A stretch of DNA of 58,197 nt from Actinomycetota bacterium (GTDB taxonomy: Bacteria; Actinomycetota; Acidimicrobiia; Spongiisociales; UBA4744): the NCBI GenBank assembly GCA_013152275.1, contig JAADGS010000021.1:1-58197 (forward strand). Reading direction: 5' to 3'. The notes under the pieces were generated by a model that did not search any database, was not told where the DNA came from, and worked only from the letters and a program-made list of their open reading frames with translations. Below, one piece after another: positions 37,219 to 46,094 of this stretch. Every line of letters begins with the position of its first letter. The stretch's first letter is position 1. The translations under genes were made by a program, and so were the position numbers.

Positions 37219-40191
37219 ATGAATGAGCAGCGCATCGATCCCGCCGATTGGCCGGACGCGATCCGTCGCGCGGAAGGGTCCCAGATCGTCGTAGGCGGAC
37301 CCGGGACCGGCAAGACCGAGTTCCTCGTGCGGAGGGCTCACCACCTGCTCGAAGACGGTGTGCCGGCGGAGAACCTCCTGCTGTTGTCGTTCTCGCGACG
37401 GGGTGTGACAGACCTGAGAGAGCGACTGGAGTCACTCCTGGCACGTTCCGGCGTCGCGGTGCCCGTGTCCACGTTCCACTCGCTCGCTTCCCGTCTACTG
37501 GAGACATTCGCTCAGGACATCCTCGGCTGGACGAGCCGGCCGACGCTGCTGACCGGCCCGGAACAGGTCGCGTTGGTCCACGAACTCCTGGCGACCGAAG
37601 ATCCGGCACGATGGCCGCTCCCGTTTCGTGCCCTCCTGACGACGGACGCCTTCGCACGCGAGGTCACCGACTTCGTGCTGCGCTGCAGCGAACAACTGAT
37701 CGGCCCGGACCGTCTCGCTGCGATCGCCTCGGATCGCGCCGATTGGAAGGCCCTGCCCGCATTCCTCGAACGGTACCGCGAACGGCTCCGCACGATCGGT
37801 CGAACCGACTACGGATCTCTGCTGGCCGACGCGGTAGGCATCCTGGAGGACCCGCACGCCAGAGATGCGGTCGCCGACCAGTACCGATTCGTTCTCGTCG
37901 ACGAGTACCAGGACACGACTCCGGCACAGGTCGAACTGCTGCGGCGTCTGACCGCAATCGGCCGAAATCTGACGGTTGCAGCCGATCCGTACCAATCGAT
38001 CTACAGCTTCAGAGGAGCCGACCTCCGCAATGTCGCCCTCTTTCCCGAACTCTTCGCCGGACCAGGCGATCGGACCGCCCGGCGTCTGATCCTCACGACT
38101 TCGTTCCGAGTACCCAGACACATCCTGGCTGCGGCGGAACGTGTCACGGCCGGTGGATCACTGCCCGGAGCCGCCGGACCGGTGAACCCTGCACCAGGAA
38201 GCGGCAGCGTCGAGGTATACGGCTTCACGCAGCAAAGCGAGGAGGCCGAATGGCTGGCCCGCGAGATCCAGCGCCTGCACCTCGAGGAGGGCTGCCCCTT
38301 TGGATCCATGGCGGTCTTCGTACGATCCAAGCGGCGATTCCTGCCCGAGCTGTCCCGCGCTCTCGAGCGAAGGGAGATCCCCCACGATCAACCCGACGCC
38401 CGCCTCGCCGACCACCCTACGGTTCGGGTGATCTTCGACTGCGTGATCGCCGCCACCACCGGCGGCATCGAACAGGACCGTGCGGTCCGTCGCCTCCTGC
38501 TGGGCCCACTCTTTCACATCCCCCTCGGTCGCCTCCATGAGCTCGAACGTTCGCGCGCCGAGACGGACGCTCCGTGGAGTGACACGATCCGGGCGGGCAT
38601 CGAGGATGGGCATCTCCTCGCCGATCTCCTCGAGGACCCCGGCTGGGCGACGAGCATCCCTGCCGTCGACGGATTCTGGAATGTCTGGACATCGCTTCCG
38701 CAGATCGGCGAGATCGTCACCGATCCCCGGCGGAGGGAGGAACGTGCAGCATGGACGTCGCTCGGGCAGGTCCTCGGCCGCCTCGCCGAACGAGACCCGT
38801 CCACGACGCTGAACGACTACCGGCTGCTGGCGGATCGGGAGGATTTCGAGGCGACTCCTCTCCTGTCGTACCGAGCGCCCGAGGAAGACCGGCTGACGTT
38901 GACCACGCTGCACCAGTCGAAGGGCCTCCAATTCGATTTCGTCTTCGTGGCAGACGCCGTGGAGGGGACCTTCCCTGATCTTCGGTCCAGAGAGTCGCTC
39001 CTCGGATCGAGACACCTCACCCCCTCGATTCCCGATGACACCTCCGGTTATCTTCGATTCCGGCTCCAGGAGGAGATGCGCCTCGCCTACACGGCGATCA
39101 GTCGAGCACGCAAGCGAGTGGTGTGGACCTGCACCGCACGCGGGTTCGATGAAGGGCGAGGGATGCCCAGCCGCTTCCTCCCTGCCGTGGCAGGGGTCAC
39201 CACGGTCCAAGCCGCGGTATCCCGGCCACCGGAGCGGACGCACCCGGTGACGCCCCTCGAAGCGGAGGCGTGGCTGCGACGGATCGCCGGTGACCCGGGA
39301 GAAGCTTCGGCCACACGCACCGCGGCGCTCTCGCTCCTCCTCGAAGGGCCCCGATGGGGTCTCCGGCCGTGGCACCGCTTCGCCGGGGTTTGCCCTCGCG
39401 GGTCCGATACGGGTCTCGTCGGTACCGACCTGGTCATGTCACCATCGAGAGCCGAGGCATACCATACGTGTCCTCGCAAGTTCGCGTTCGAGCGGCTCCT
39501 CCATGTCGGCGACGAGCCCGGCCCTCACGCCTCGCTGGGATCCGTCGTGCACGAGGCGCTCGAGAGAGCCGAAGAGTCGGCCATGGCTCGAGGGGACCGG
39601 CATGCCGACCTCGGCGAAGCCCTCGAACACCTCTCCACGTTGTGGAACCCTTCGGAATTCGGAGGGGAGCCTTGGGCCGCGGCCTGGTTCCGGCGAGCCG
39701 AACGGATTCTCACCCATCTCTACGAGCACTGGCCGGGAACAGGTCTGCCCATTGCTCTGGAGCGATGGGTCGAGCTCGATCTCGGAGGTGTCCCCTGGCG
39801 CGGCAAGGCCGACCGGATCGAGGTCACGGACGACGGCCTGGTCGTCGTGGACTACAAGACGGGAACGACCCTGCCCTCGCTCCCCGATGCTGCCGTCTCC
39901 ATCCAGCTCGGCTTCTACGCCATGGCGGTGGAGGCAGACCCCGAGTTGTCGCAACGGGGCCCTGTCGTCGGAGCAGAGATGTGGTATCCCGCCAAGAAGG
40001 ACGCGAAGTCCGTCCCCATCCGCAAACTCGATCTGGGGCAGATGGATGCAATCATCGAAGCGATGAGAGATATCGTCGTCGGCATCCAAACCGAAGACTG
40101 GACACCTGTGACCGGTCGGGCATGTACGTACTGCCGCGTTCGGCTCGTCTGTCCGGAGTGGCCCGAGGGACGGGAAGCCTTTCGACCATGA
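37219..40191 (+). CDS. adnA: AdnA-like UvrD-type helicase/nuclease subunit
   Basis: GGPGTGKT, VDEYQD, HQSKGLQF, C-terminal DYKTG nuclease with CxxC-x5-C; first gene of a tandem pair. Confidence 0.85.
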   Translation: MNEQRIDPADWPDAIRRAEGSQIVVGGPGTGKTEFLVRRAHHLLEDGVPAENLLLLSFSRRGVTDLRERLESLLARSGVAVPVSTFHSLASRLLETFAQDILGWTSRPTLLTGPEQVALVHELLATEDPARWPLPFRALLTTDAFAREVTDFVLRCSEQLIGPDRLAAIASDRADWKALPAFLERYRERLRTIGRTDYGSLLADAVGILEDPHARDAVADQYRFVLVDEYQDTTPAQVELLRRLTAIGRNLTVAADPYQSIYSFRGADLRNVALFPELFAGPGDRTARRLILTTSFRVPRHILAAAERVTAGGSLPGAAGPVNPAPGSGSVEVYGFTQQSEEAEWLAREIQRLHLEEGCPFGSMAVFVRSKRRFLPELSRALERREIPHDQPDARLADHPTVRVIFDCVIAATTGGIEQDRAVRRLLLGPLFHIPLGRLHELERSRAETDAPWSDTIRAGIEDGHLLADLLEDPGWATSIPAVDGFWNVWTSLPQIGEIVTDPRRREERAAWTSLGQVLGRLAERDPSTTLNDYRLLADREDFEATPLLSYRAPEEDRLTLTTLHQSKGLQFDFVFVADAVEGTFPDLRSRESLLGSRHLTPSIPDDTSGYLRFRLQEEMRLAYTAISRARKRVVWTCTARGFDEGRGMPSRFLPAVAGVTTVQAAVSRPPERTHPVTPLEAEAWLRRIAGDPGEASATRTAALSLLLEGPRWGLRPWHRFAGVCPRGSDTGLVGTDLVMSPSRAEAYHTCPRKFAFERLLHVGDEPGPHASLGSVVHEALERAEESAMARGDRHADLGEALEHLSTLWNPSEFGGEPWAAAWFRRAERILTHLYEHWPGTGLPIALERWVELDLGGVPWRGKADRIEVTDDGLVVVDYKTGTTLPSLPDAAVSIQLGFYAMAVEADPELSQRGPVVGAEMWYPAKKDAKSVPIRKLDLGQMDAIIEAMRDIVVGIQTEDWTPVTGRACTYCRVRLVCPEWPEGREAFRP

Positions 40192-43100
40192 GCATCACTC
40201 CGACAACCGAGCAGCGCCGGATCATCGACCATCCGCTCGAGCCCCTGCGAGTCGCGGCAGGGGCAGGCACCGGGAAGACGACCACGATTGCCCTGCGGCT
40301 GGCGGCGCTGGTCCGTGAGGCCGACATCGAGCCCGAGGCCGCGCTCGGGATCACGTTCACGAACAAGGCCGCCGAGGAGCTGGCCGACAAACTCCGACTC
40401 CATCTCCCCGGTTTTGCCCGCGAGGGCCGCGAAGTGGAGGTCACGACCTATCACGGCTTCGCTCACCGGATCGTCGACGAGTTCGGTCCGATGGTCGGCA
40501 TCGAGCGTGACATCACCGTCATCGGTACCGGCTATCAACGCGAGCTACTCCGCGAGGCCCTCGCGGCCGGATCGTCGGAGCTTCTCGACTTGACCTCTCC
40601 TGCCCGCCGAGTGGATGAGCTCGCTGCCCTTGCCGCGCGACTCGGCGACCACCTCCGCTCCCCCTCGGACATTCTCGCTCTGACCGTGGACAACGAAGTC
40701 GACGCGGCCCGACGCGAAATGGCCGCCGTGCTCGAACGGTACGACACACTCAAACGCAGGCTCGGTGTCGCCGACTACTCGGATCTGATCCGCTACGGAT
40801 TCGAGATCGTCTCGGTGCCTTCGGTGGGCCGCAGAATCCGGGACCGCTATCGGGTCGTGCTTCTCGACGAGTACCAGGACACGAACCCGGCGCAGCGCGA
40901 ACTCCTGCTACGGCTCTTCGGAGACGGATTCCCCGTGACCGCCGTGGGCGACCCGGATCAGACGATCTACGAGTGGCGGGGGGCATCTCTGGAGAACTTC
41001 GCCGCCTTTCCCGACCACTTCGCCGTCGCCGGGAAACGCGCAAAGACCCTGACACTGGGAGTGAACCGTCGCTCCGACCGTCGCATCATCGACGTGGCAA
41101 ACACGGTCAAGGAGAGGATCGGCGATGCCCAGGGCGTCGAACGGCTCGTCGCTCGCCCGGACGCAGGTGCGGGCACGGTCTCTCTTGCCTGGTTTCACAC
41201 CGCGACCGACGAAGCCGCATGGATCGCCAGAGAAGTGCGACAGCTCCACGACTCTCAGGGTGTTCAGTGGCGCGACATGGCGCTGCTGTTTCGTAAGAAC
41301 CGGACGATCCCTCTGCTGCGGGAAGCGCTGGAAGCACTCGACATTCCTGTGGAGGTCGCGGCGCTCGGTGGCCTCCTCCAGGTGCCCGAAGTGGCCGATC
41401 TGCACGCATGGATGCGCCTGATCGGACATCCCGACGACGCGCCGTCACTCGTTCGGATCCTTCTCGGCTCCCGCTACCGGCTGGGGATGGGCGACCTGGT
41501 GCCGCTCGCCCGGAGAAGTCGCGAACGCGGCACGACGATGCTCATGACCATCGACGAGGAAAAGACCGAACTCCCGGAAACAGCTCGAAGTCGGCTCAGG
41601 CGGTTCCGTGAGCGCTACCGCTCCCTTCTGACCCTCGCCCAGGGGGTCACACTCGTCGAACTCGCCCGCCACATCCTCGATGCCACCGGAACCTGGGCCG
41701 AAGTGGAGGCGCTCGCAGGGGCGCGGCGATTGTCGACGCGGCTCAACCTCTACCGGTTCCTCGATCTCGCCGAGGAGTGGAGTCCACTCGAGGGGCGCCC
41801 CTCGCTCGAGGCGTTCCTGGACTACCTGGATCTCCTGCAGCAGGACGCATCGTCCGAGGAACTCGATACGGCAACGCTCAGCGGCGAGGACGCCGTCTCC
41901 CTGCTGACGGTGCATCGGGCCAAAGGGCTCGAATGGTCCGCGGTGTTCATCCCTGCAGTCTGCAGCGGCACGTTCCCATCGTCGGCGCATGGAGGTCTCG
42001 ATGATCCGCAGCGCCATCCGAAATCGCTGCCCTCCTCCCTGCGTATCGATCACGCGGGCGACGACACCAGTCCCGCAGCACTGCGTTCGCGCCACGACGC
42101 CCAGGAGTGGCGTGCCGCCTACGTGGCGGTCACCCGTGCCAGGCATCGCCTCGTACTCACCGGCGCCCACTGGTACACGACCGGTCGGGCCAAGAAACCC
42201 AGTGCCCTCTTCGATGCGGTCGCAAAGCTCGATGGCGTCACCGTCGAGCCTCCCGTCGGCGATCCCGGAACACCGCCCGAGACGCTGCGAACCGCCCGGC
42301 GTGCCCCCGCGCCCGATCCCCTGTTCATAGACGGATGGGAGGCAGCCTTCGAGAACGCCGCCGCGGACCCCGCATGGCTCGAGGGCCTGTCCCAGGATCC
42401 CGAGGGGTTTGCGGCGCAGCAGCGCCGGTTCGAACTCGTCCTGGATGAACTCCCGAAGAGCCCCCAACTCGCCACCCGGCAGCCACGACTCAAGGTCTCG
42501 GTCACCAACCTGGTCACCTATGCAACCTGCCCGAAACGCTACTTCTGGACGGCAGTCGATCCACTGCCGAGACGCCCCTCGTACGCTGCCCGGCGCGGCA
42601 TCGAGATACACCGGCGCATCGAGTTGCACAACCTCGGCACCGTGCCGCTCACGGATGCGGAAGGATACGATCTGGTCACCGCCGACCACCCGCCAAAAGG
42701 CGATCCCTTTGCCGCGTATCTCTCTTCGCGATTCGCGGCGCAGCGCCCGCGATTCGTCGAAGTCGCCTTCGAGCTCGTGCTGTCTCCCGCCGTCACCGTG
42801 AAGGGACGTATCGACGCGATCTACGAGCGATCCCCCGGCAGTTGGGAGATCGTCGACTTCAAGACGGGCAGGCGCTCCGCAAACCCCGCGATGGAAGTGC
42901 AGCTCGAGGCATACGCCATCGCGGCCCGGACCGCGAACCTCGCGACAGATCCACCACGAACCATCGAGGTCGTCTTCGCCTACCTCGGCGATGGGCTCGA
43001 CGTGGTGACCGAACGCGTGGACGAGACATGGCTGAGGGCTGCACACGAGCATTTGGAGTCCCTCACCGGAGCGATCCTCGAAGGCAGGTTCGTCGAGACT

Positions 43101-43199
43101 CCGTCGCCGCAGTGCCAATGGTGCGACTTTCTCACCTTTTGTCCGTCGGGACGAGCATTCCTCCAAGACCAGGACAACGTTGGCACCAGTCCACGGTAG
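40188..43199 (+). CDS. adnB: AdnB-like UvrD-type helicase/nuclease subunit
   Basis: AGAGTGKT, TFTNKAA, LDEYQDTN, HRAKGLEW, YVAVTRAR, DFKTG; ATGA overlap with adnA. Confidence 0.88.
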   Translation: MSITPTTEQRRIIDHPLEPLRVAAGAGTGKTTTIALRLAALVREADIEPEAALGITFTNKAAEELADKLRLHLPGFAREGREVEVTTYHGFAHRIVDEFGPMVGIERDITVIGTGYQRELLREALAAGSSELLDLTSPARRVDELAALAARLGDHLRSPSDILALTVDNEVDAARREMAAVLERYDTLKRRLGVADYSDLIRYGFEIVSVPSVGRRIRDRYRVVLLDEYQDTNPAQRELLLRLFGDGFPVTAVGDPDQTIYEWRGASLENFAAFPDHFAVAGKRAKTLTLGVNRRSDRRIIDVANTVKERIGDAQGVERLVARPDAGAGTVSLAWFHTATDEAAWIAREVRQLHDSQGVQWRDMALLFRKNRTIPLLREALEALDIPVEVAALGGLLQVPEVADLHAWMRLIGHPDDAPSLVRILLGSRYRLGMGDLVPLARRSRERGTTMLMTIDEEKTELPETARSRLRRFRERYRSLLTLAQGVTLVELARHILDATGTWAEVEALAGARRLSTRLNLYRFLDLAEEWSPLEGRPSLEAFLDYLDLLQQDASSEELDTATLSGEDAVSLLTVHRAKGLEWSAVFIPAVCSGTFPSSAHGGLDDPQRHPKSLPSSLRIDHAGDDTSPAALRSRHDAQEWRAAYVAVTRARHRLVLTGAHWYTTGRAKKPSALFDAVAKLDGVTVEPPVGDPGTPPETLRTARRAPAPDPLFIDGWEAAFENAAADPAWLEGLSQDPEGFAAQQRRFELVLDELPKSPQLATRQPRLKVSVTNLVTYATCPKRYFWTAVDPLPRRPSYAARRGIEIHRRIELHNLGTVPLTDAEGYDLVTADHPPKGDPFAAYLSSRFAAQRPRFVEVAFELVLSPAVTVKGRIDAIYERSPGSWEIVDFKTGRRSANPAMEVQLEAYAIAARTANLATDPPRTIEVVFAYLGDGLDVVTERVDETWLRAAHEHLESLTGAILEGRFVETPSPQCQWCDFLTFCPSGRAFLQDQDNVGTSPR

Positions 43200-43224
43200 G
43201 TTTGAAACCGAAAGGAGTACTCGA

Positions 43225-43860
43225 ATGGCAGTGATCACGGTATGGAGCGACATGCTCTGCCCATGGGGATACGTAGCCGGTCTCCGTCTGAGGAAGATGC
43301 GGGATCAACTCGGTGCAGATTCCGTTTCGTTCGACTTTCGGGCATGGCCGCTCGACGTCACGCATCGGCCGCCCACCACAAGCCGGAGGCGGGCGGAAAT
43401 CGTCGCTCTCGCCCAACGCGAACCGAGTGCATTCACGCTCTACGAAGGCGCGATACCCGTCTCGTCGGTACTGGCCTCGGAGGCTCAGAAGTGGGGCTAC
43501 TCGTACGGCCAGGAGGTCGGCGAGCACTTCGATCTCGCGATCCGACGCTCCTTCTTCCTGCATTCGCGGAATCTCGGGATCCGCGATGAGCTTCTTGCCG
43601 TGGCACAGACCGAAGGGCTGGACGACGGTGCCCTGGCCTCGGCTCTCGACAGCGGAGAGTTCCGGCCCGCCATCACCGCCGATATCAGGGAGGGAAGAGA
43701 AATCCCCGTCGGTGCAAGTCCGACGGTTGTCCTCCCGGACGGTACGGTGCTGTCCAATCCGGGGTTTGAGGTGACACGGTTGCGAGAGATCCCGATCATC
43801 ACGGCCGATCATCCCTCCATCTACGAGGACCTGCTGCAACGAGCAACCTGGCAGGATTGA
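43225..43860 (+). CDS. DsbA/FrnE-like thioredoxin-fold protein (single-Cys CPWG)
   Basis: VWSDMLCPWGY, VGASPT; AAGGAG Shine-Dalgarno. Confidence 0.8.
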   Translation: MAVITVWSDMLCPWGYVAGLRLRKMRDQLGADSVSFDFRAWPLDVTHRPPTTSRRRAEIVALAQREPSAFTLYEGAIPVSSVLASEAQKWGYSYGQEVGEHFDLAIRRSFFLHSRNLGIRDELLAVAQTEGLDDGALASALDSGEFRPAITADIREGREIPVGASPTVVLPDGTVLSNPGFEVTRLREIPIITADHPSIYEDLLQRATWQD

Positions 43861-43862
43861 GC

Positions 43863-44318
43863 TCAAAGGATCTTCCCACCGCTCACATCGACGACGAAGG
43901 TGACGGGTCCCTCATTCGCGAGCGAGACGAGCATTCGTTCGCCGAATGCCCCCGAGGCCACAGGAACGCCCCGGGCCGCCACGGAGTTCGCCACCATGTC
44001 CACGAGGAACGCCGCGGCGTCGGCGGGAGCAGCGTCGGTGAACGAGGGCCTCCGACCTTTTCTCATGTCGGCACAGAGAGTGAACTGGCTGACGACGAGT
44101 ACCGACCCTCCGACATCGGCCACCGACCGGTTCATCTTGCCGTCGTCGTCGCAGAAGATCCGGAGACCAACGACCTTGTCGGCAAGCGCCTCCGCATCCC
44201 GGGGCTCATCACCACGGGCGGCACACACGAGTACCAGGAGCCCGACGCCGATCGTGGCAACCGGGTTGCCACCGACCGTCACCGCCGCTTCTCGAACGCG
44301 TTGGATCACTGCTCGCAT
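43863..44318 (-). CDS. dtd: D-aminoacyl-tRNA deacylase
   Basis: MRAVIQRV, SQFTL, KGRRPSF, NEGPVT. Confidence 0.96.
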   Translation of the reverse strand: MRAVIQRVREAAVTVGGNPVATIGVGLLVLVCAARGDEPRDAEALADKVVGLRIFCDDDGKMNRSVADVGGSVLVVSQFTLCADMRKGRRPSFTDAAPADAAAFLVDMVANSVAARGVPVASGAFGERMLVSLANEGPVTFVVDVSGGKIL

Positions 44319-44369
44319 GTCGGCAATGTAGCGCTCAATACGCGCCCGGCGGTCGCCGATACACGACGT

Positions 44370-46073
44370 ATGGCGGTTTCCAAGACGAGAACCATCGACC
44401 CGCCCGAGCAGGTCGTGGTCCGAGCGTTCGGCGTGGCCACGATCATCGTGGCCGCACAGTTGGCTGCAGCGGCAGCCTTCTTCGCCAATCCCGTACTCTT
44501 GCTTGCAGCCATCGCCCCGTCGCTCGTCGCGGTCATGGCATTCGTCACCTTCCGGGGCATGCATGTTCCTGCCGGGTGGATCATGATGGGGTCCGCCGTG
44601 GCAATCGCCGTCGACATCGGCCTGACCGATGGAACCCAGTATCGGATACTCGGGCTCGGCGGAATCATCGTGCTCGGCGTGATCGCCGTAATGCTCTCGG
44701 CACAGCGATGGGCCATGTACATGCTTGCCTTCGCTTCACTGATCGTGATTGCGAACACCACCTGGAACCGCACCGGCGACCTCGTGGAGACACTTGCGAA
44801 CGGAATGAGTCTCGCCATCATCTTCCTCATCGGAGCCTCCCTTGCGGCCTGGGTGCGAACCACGAAACTCAAGGCGGACCAGCGGTACCGCACGCTCGTG
44901 CAACGTGCTCCGATTTCGATTTGGGAAGAGGACTTCTCGGCCGTCGGAAAGTGGCTCGACGGACTCCGCTCGGAAGGCGTCACCGACCTCAGGAGTTTCC
45001 TCACACCGGGCATGATCCGCGAAGCCACCGGGCTCATCGTCGTACGCGGGGTGAACCAGGCTTGTATCGATTTGCTGGAGGCGCGCGATGCGACACAGCT
45101 CGTCGGTCCCCTGCAGCCTGCCAGCATCTCAGAGGAAACACTGGCGTCACTCACCGAGCAACTGATCGCCATCTGGGAGCGAACGGACCACGTCACGACG
45201 GAAGTCGAGGGGTTGACGTTCAAAGGGAATCCGATCCAGGGGATTCTCCACTGGTCGGCTCCGAGGATCAACGGCCGGATCGATCTCTCCAATGTCGTCG
45301 TGTCGGTCACGGATGTCACACCCCTCAAGGAGACACAGCGGCGCCTCGCAGACCTCATCGATTCGAAAGACCGTTTTGTGGCTTCGGTCAGCCACGAGCT
45401 CAGGACGCCGCTGACCACCGTGGTCGGGCTCGCGGCCGAGCTACGCGATCACCTGCCGCGTTTCCAGATGCAGGAGATGCATGAGATGCTCGGCCTCATC
45501 GCCACACAGGCGACCGACGTCGGTCACATCGTGGAGGATCTACTCGTCGCCGCCAGAGCAGACATCGGAACGATCTCGCTTCACACGGAACGACTCGACG
45601 TCCGCACCATCATTCGCGAGGTGGTGGCCAGCCATCCGCCCGACAGGCTTGCACTTCCGAAGCATGCCCTGATGGCAACGGCAGACTCCACGCGACTGCG
45701 CCAGATCATCCGCAATCTGCTCACGAATGCGAGACGCTACGGAGGCGACCATGTCGGGCTCACCGCCGGGGAGAGTGCCGACAGGATCTCAATCGAGGTG
45801 AGTGACGACGGGCCCGGAATCCCGACCGACGATGCCACTCGCATCTTCCTCCCCTACCAGACCGCGCACCACACCATCGGGCTCACCGAGTCCGTCGGAC
45901 TTGGACTTGCCGTGGCACTACAGCTGGCGCGACTCATGGACGGTGACCTCACCTATGAACGGCGAGGAGTGCTCACCGTGTTCCGTCTGACGTTGCCGAT
46001 ATCGCTCGATCCGGAGAGGCACACGGACACGACCGTGCAGGGACAGTCCGGCTCGACCGTGTTCGCCGACTGA
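44370..46073 (+). CDS. Membrane sensor histidine kinase with a PAS-like domain
   Basis: Transmembrane helices, PISIWEEDFS PAS-like segment, SHELRTPL, DDGPGI, GLGL. Confidence 0.9.
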   Translation: MAVSKTRTIDPPEQVVVRAFGVATIIVAAQLAAAAAFFANPVLLLAAIAPSLVAVMAFVTFRGMHVPAGWIMMGSAVAIAVDIGLTDGTQYRILGLGGIIVLGVIAVMLSAQRWAMYMLAFASLIVIANTTWNRTGDLVETLANGMSLAIIFLIGASLAAWVRTTKLKADQRYRTLVQRAPISIWEEDFSAVGKWLDGLRSEGVTDLRSFLTPGMIREATGLIVVRGVNQACIDLLEARDATQLVGPLQPASISEETLASLTEQLIAIWERTDHVTTEVEGLTFKGNPIQGILHWSAPRINGRIDLSNVVVSVTDVTPLKETQRRLADLIDSKDRFVASVSHELRTPLTTVVGLAAELRDHLPRFQMQEMHEMLGLIATQATDVGHIVEDLLVAARADIGTISLHTERLDVRTIIREVVASHPPDRLALPKHALMATADSTRLRQIIRNLLTNARRYGGDHVGLTAGESADRISIEVSDDGPGIPTDDATRIFLPYQTAHHTIGLTESVGLGLAVALQLARLMDGDLTYERRGVLTVFRLTLPISLDPERHTDTTVQGQSGSTVFAD

Positions 46074-46094
46074 ACATCCGTAGACTCCCGCTTG

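Noticed and set aside
39354..40187. N-terminal extension of the 1281-aa ORF
   Set aside because: It overlaps adnA out of frame; helicase similarity begins at the ATG at 40188.
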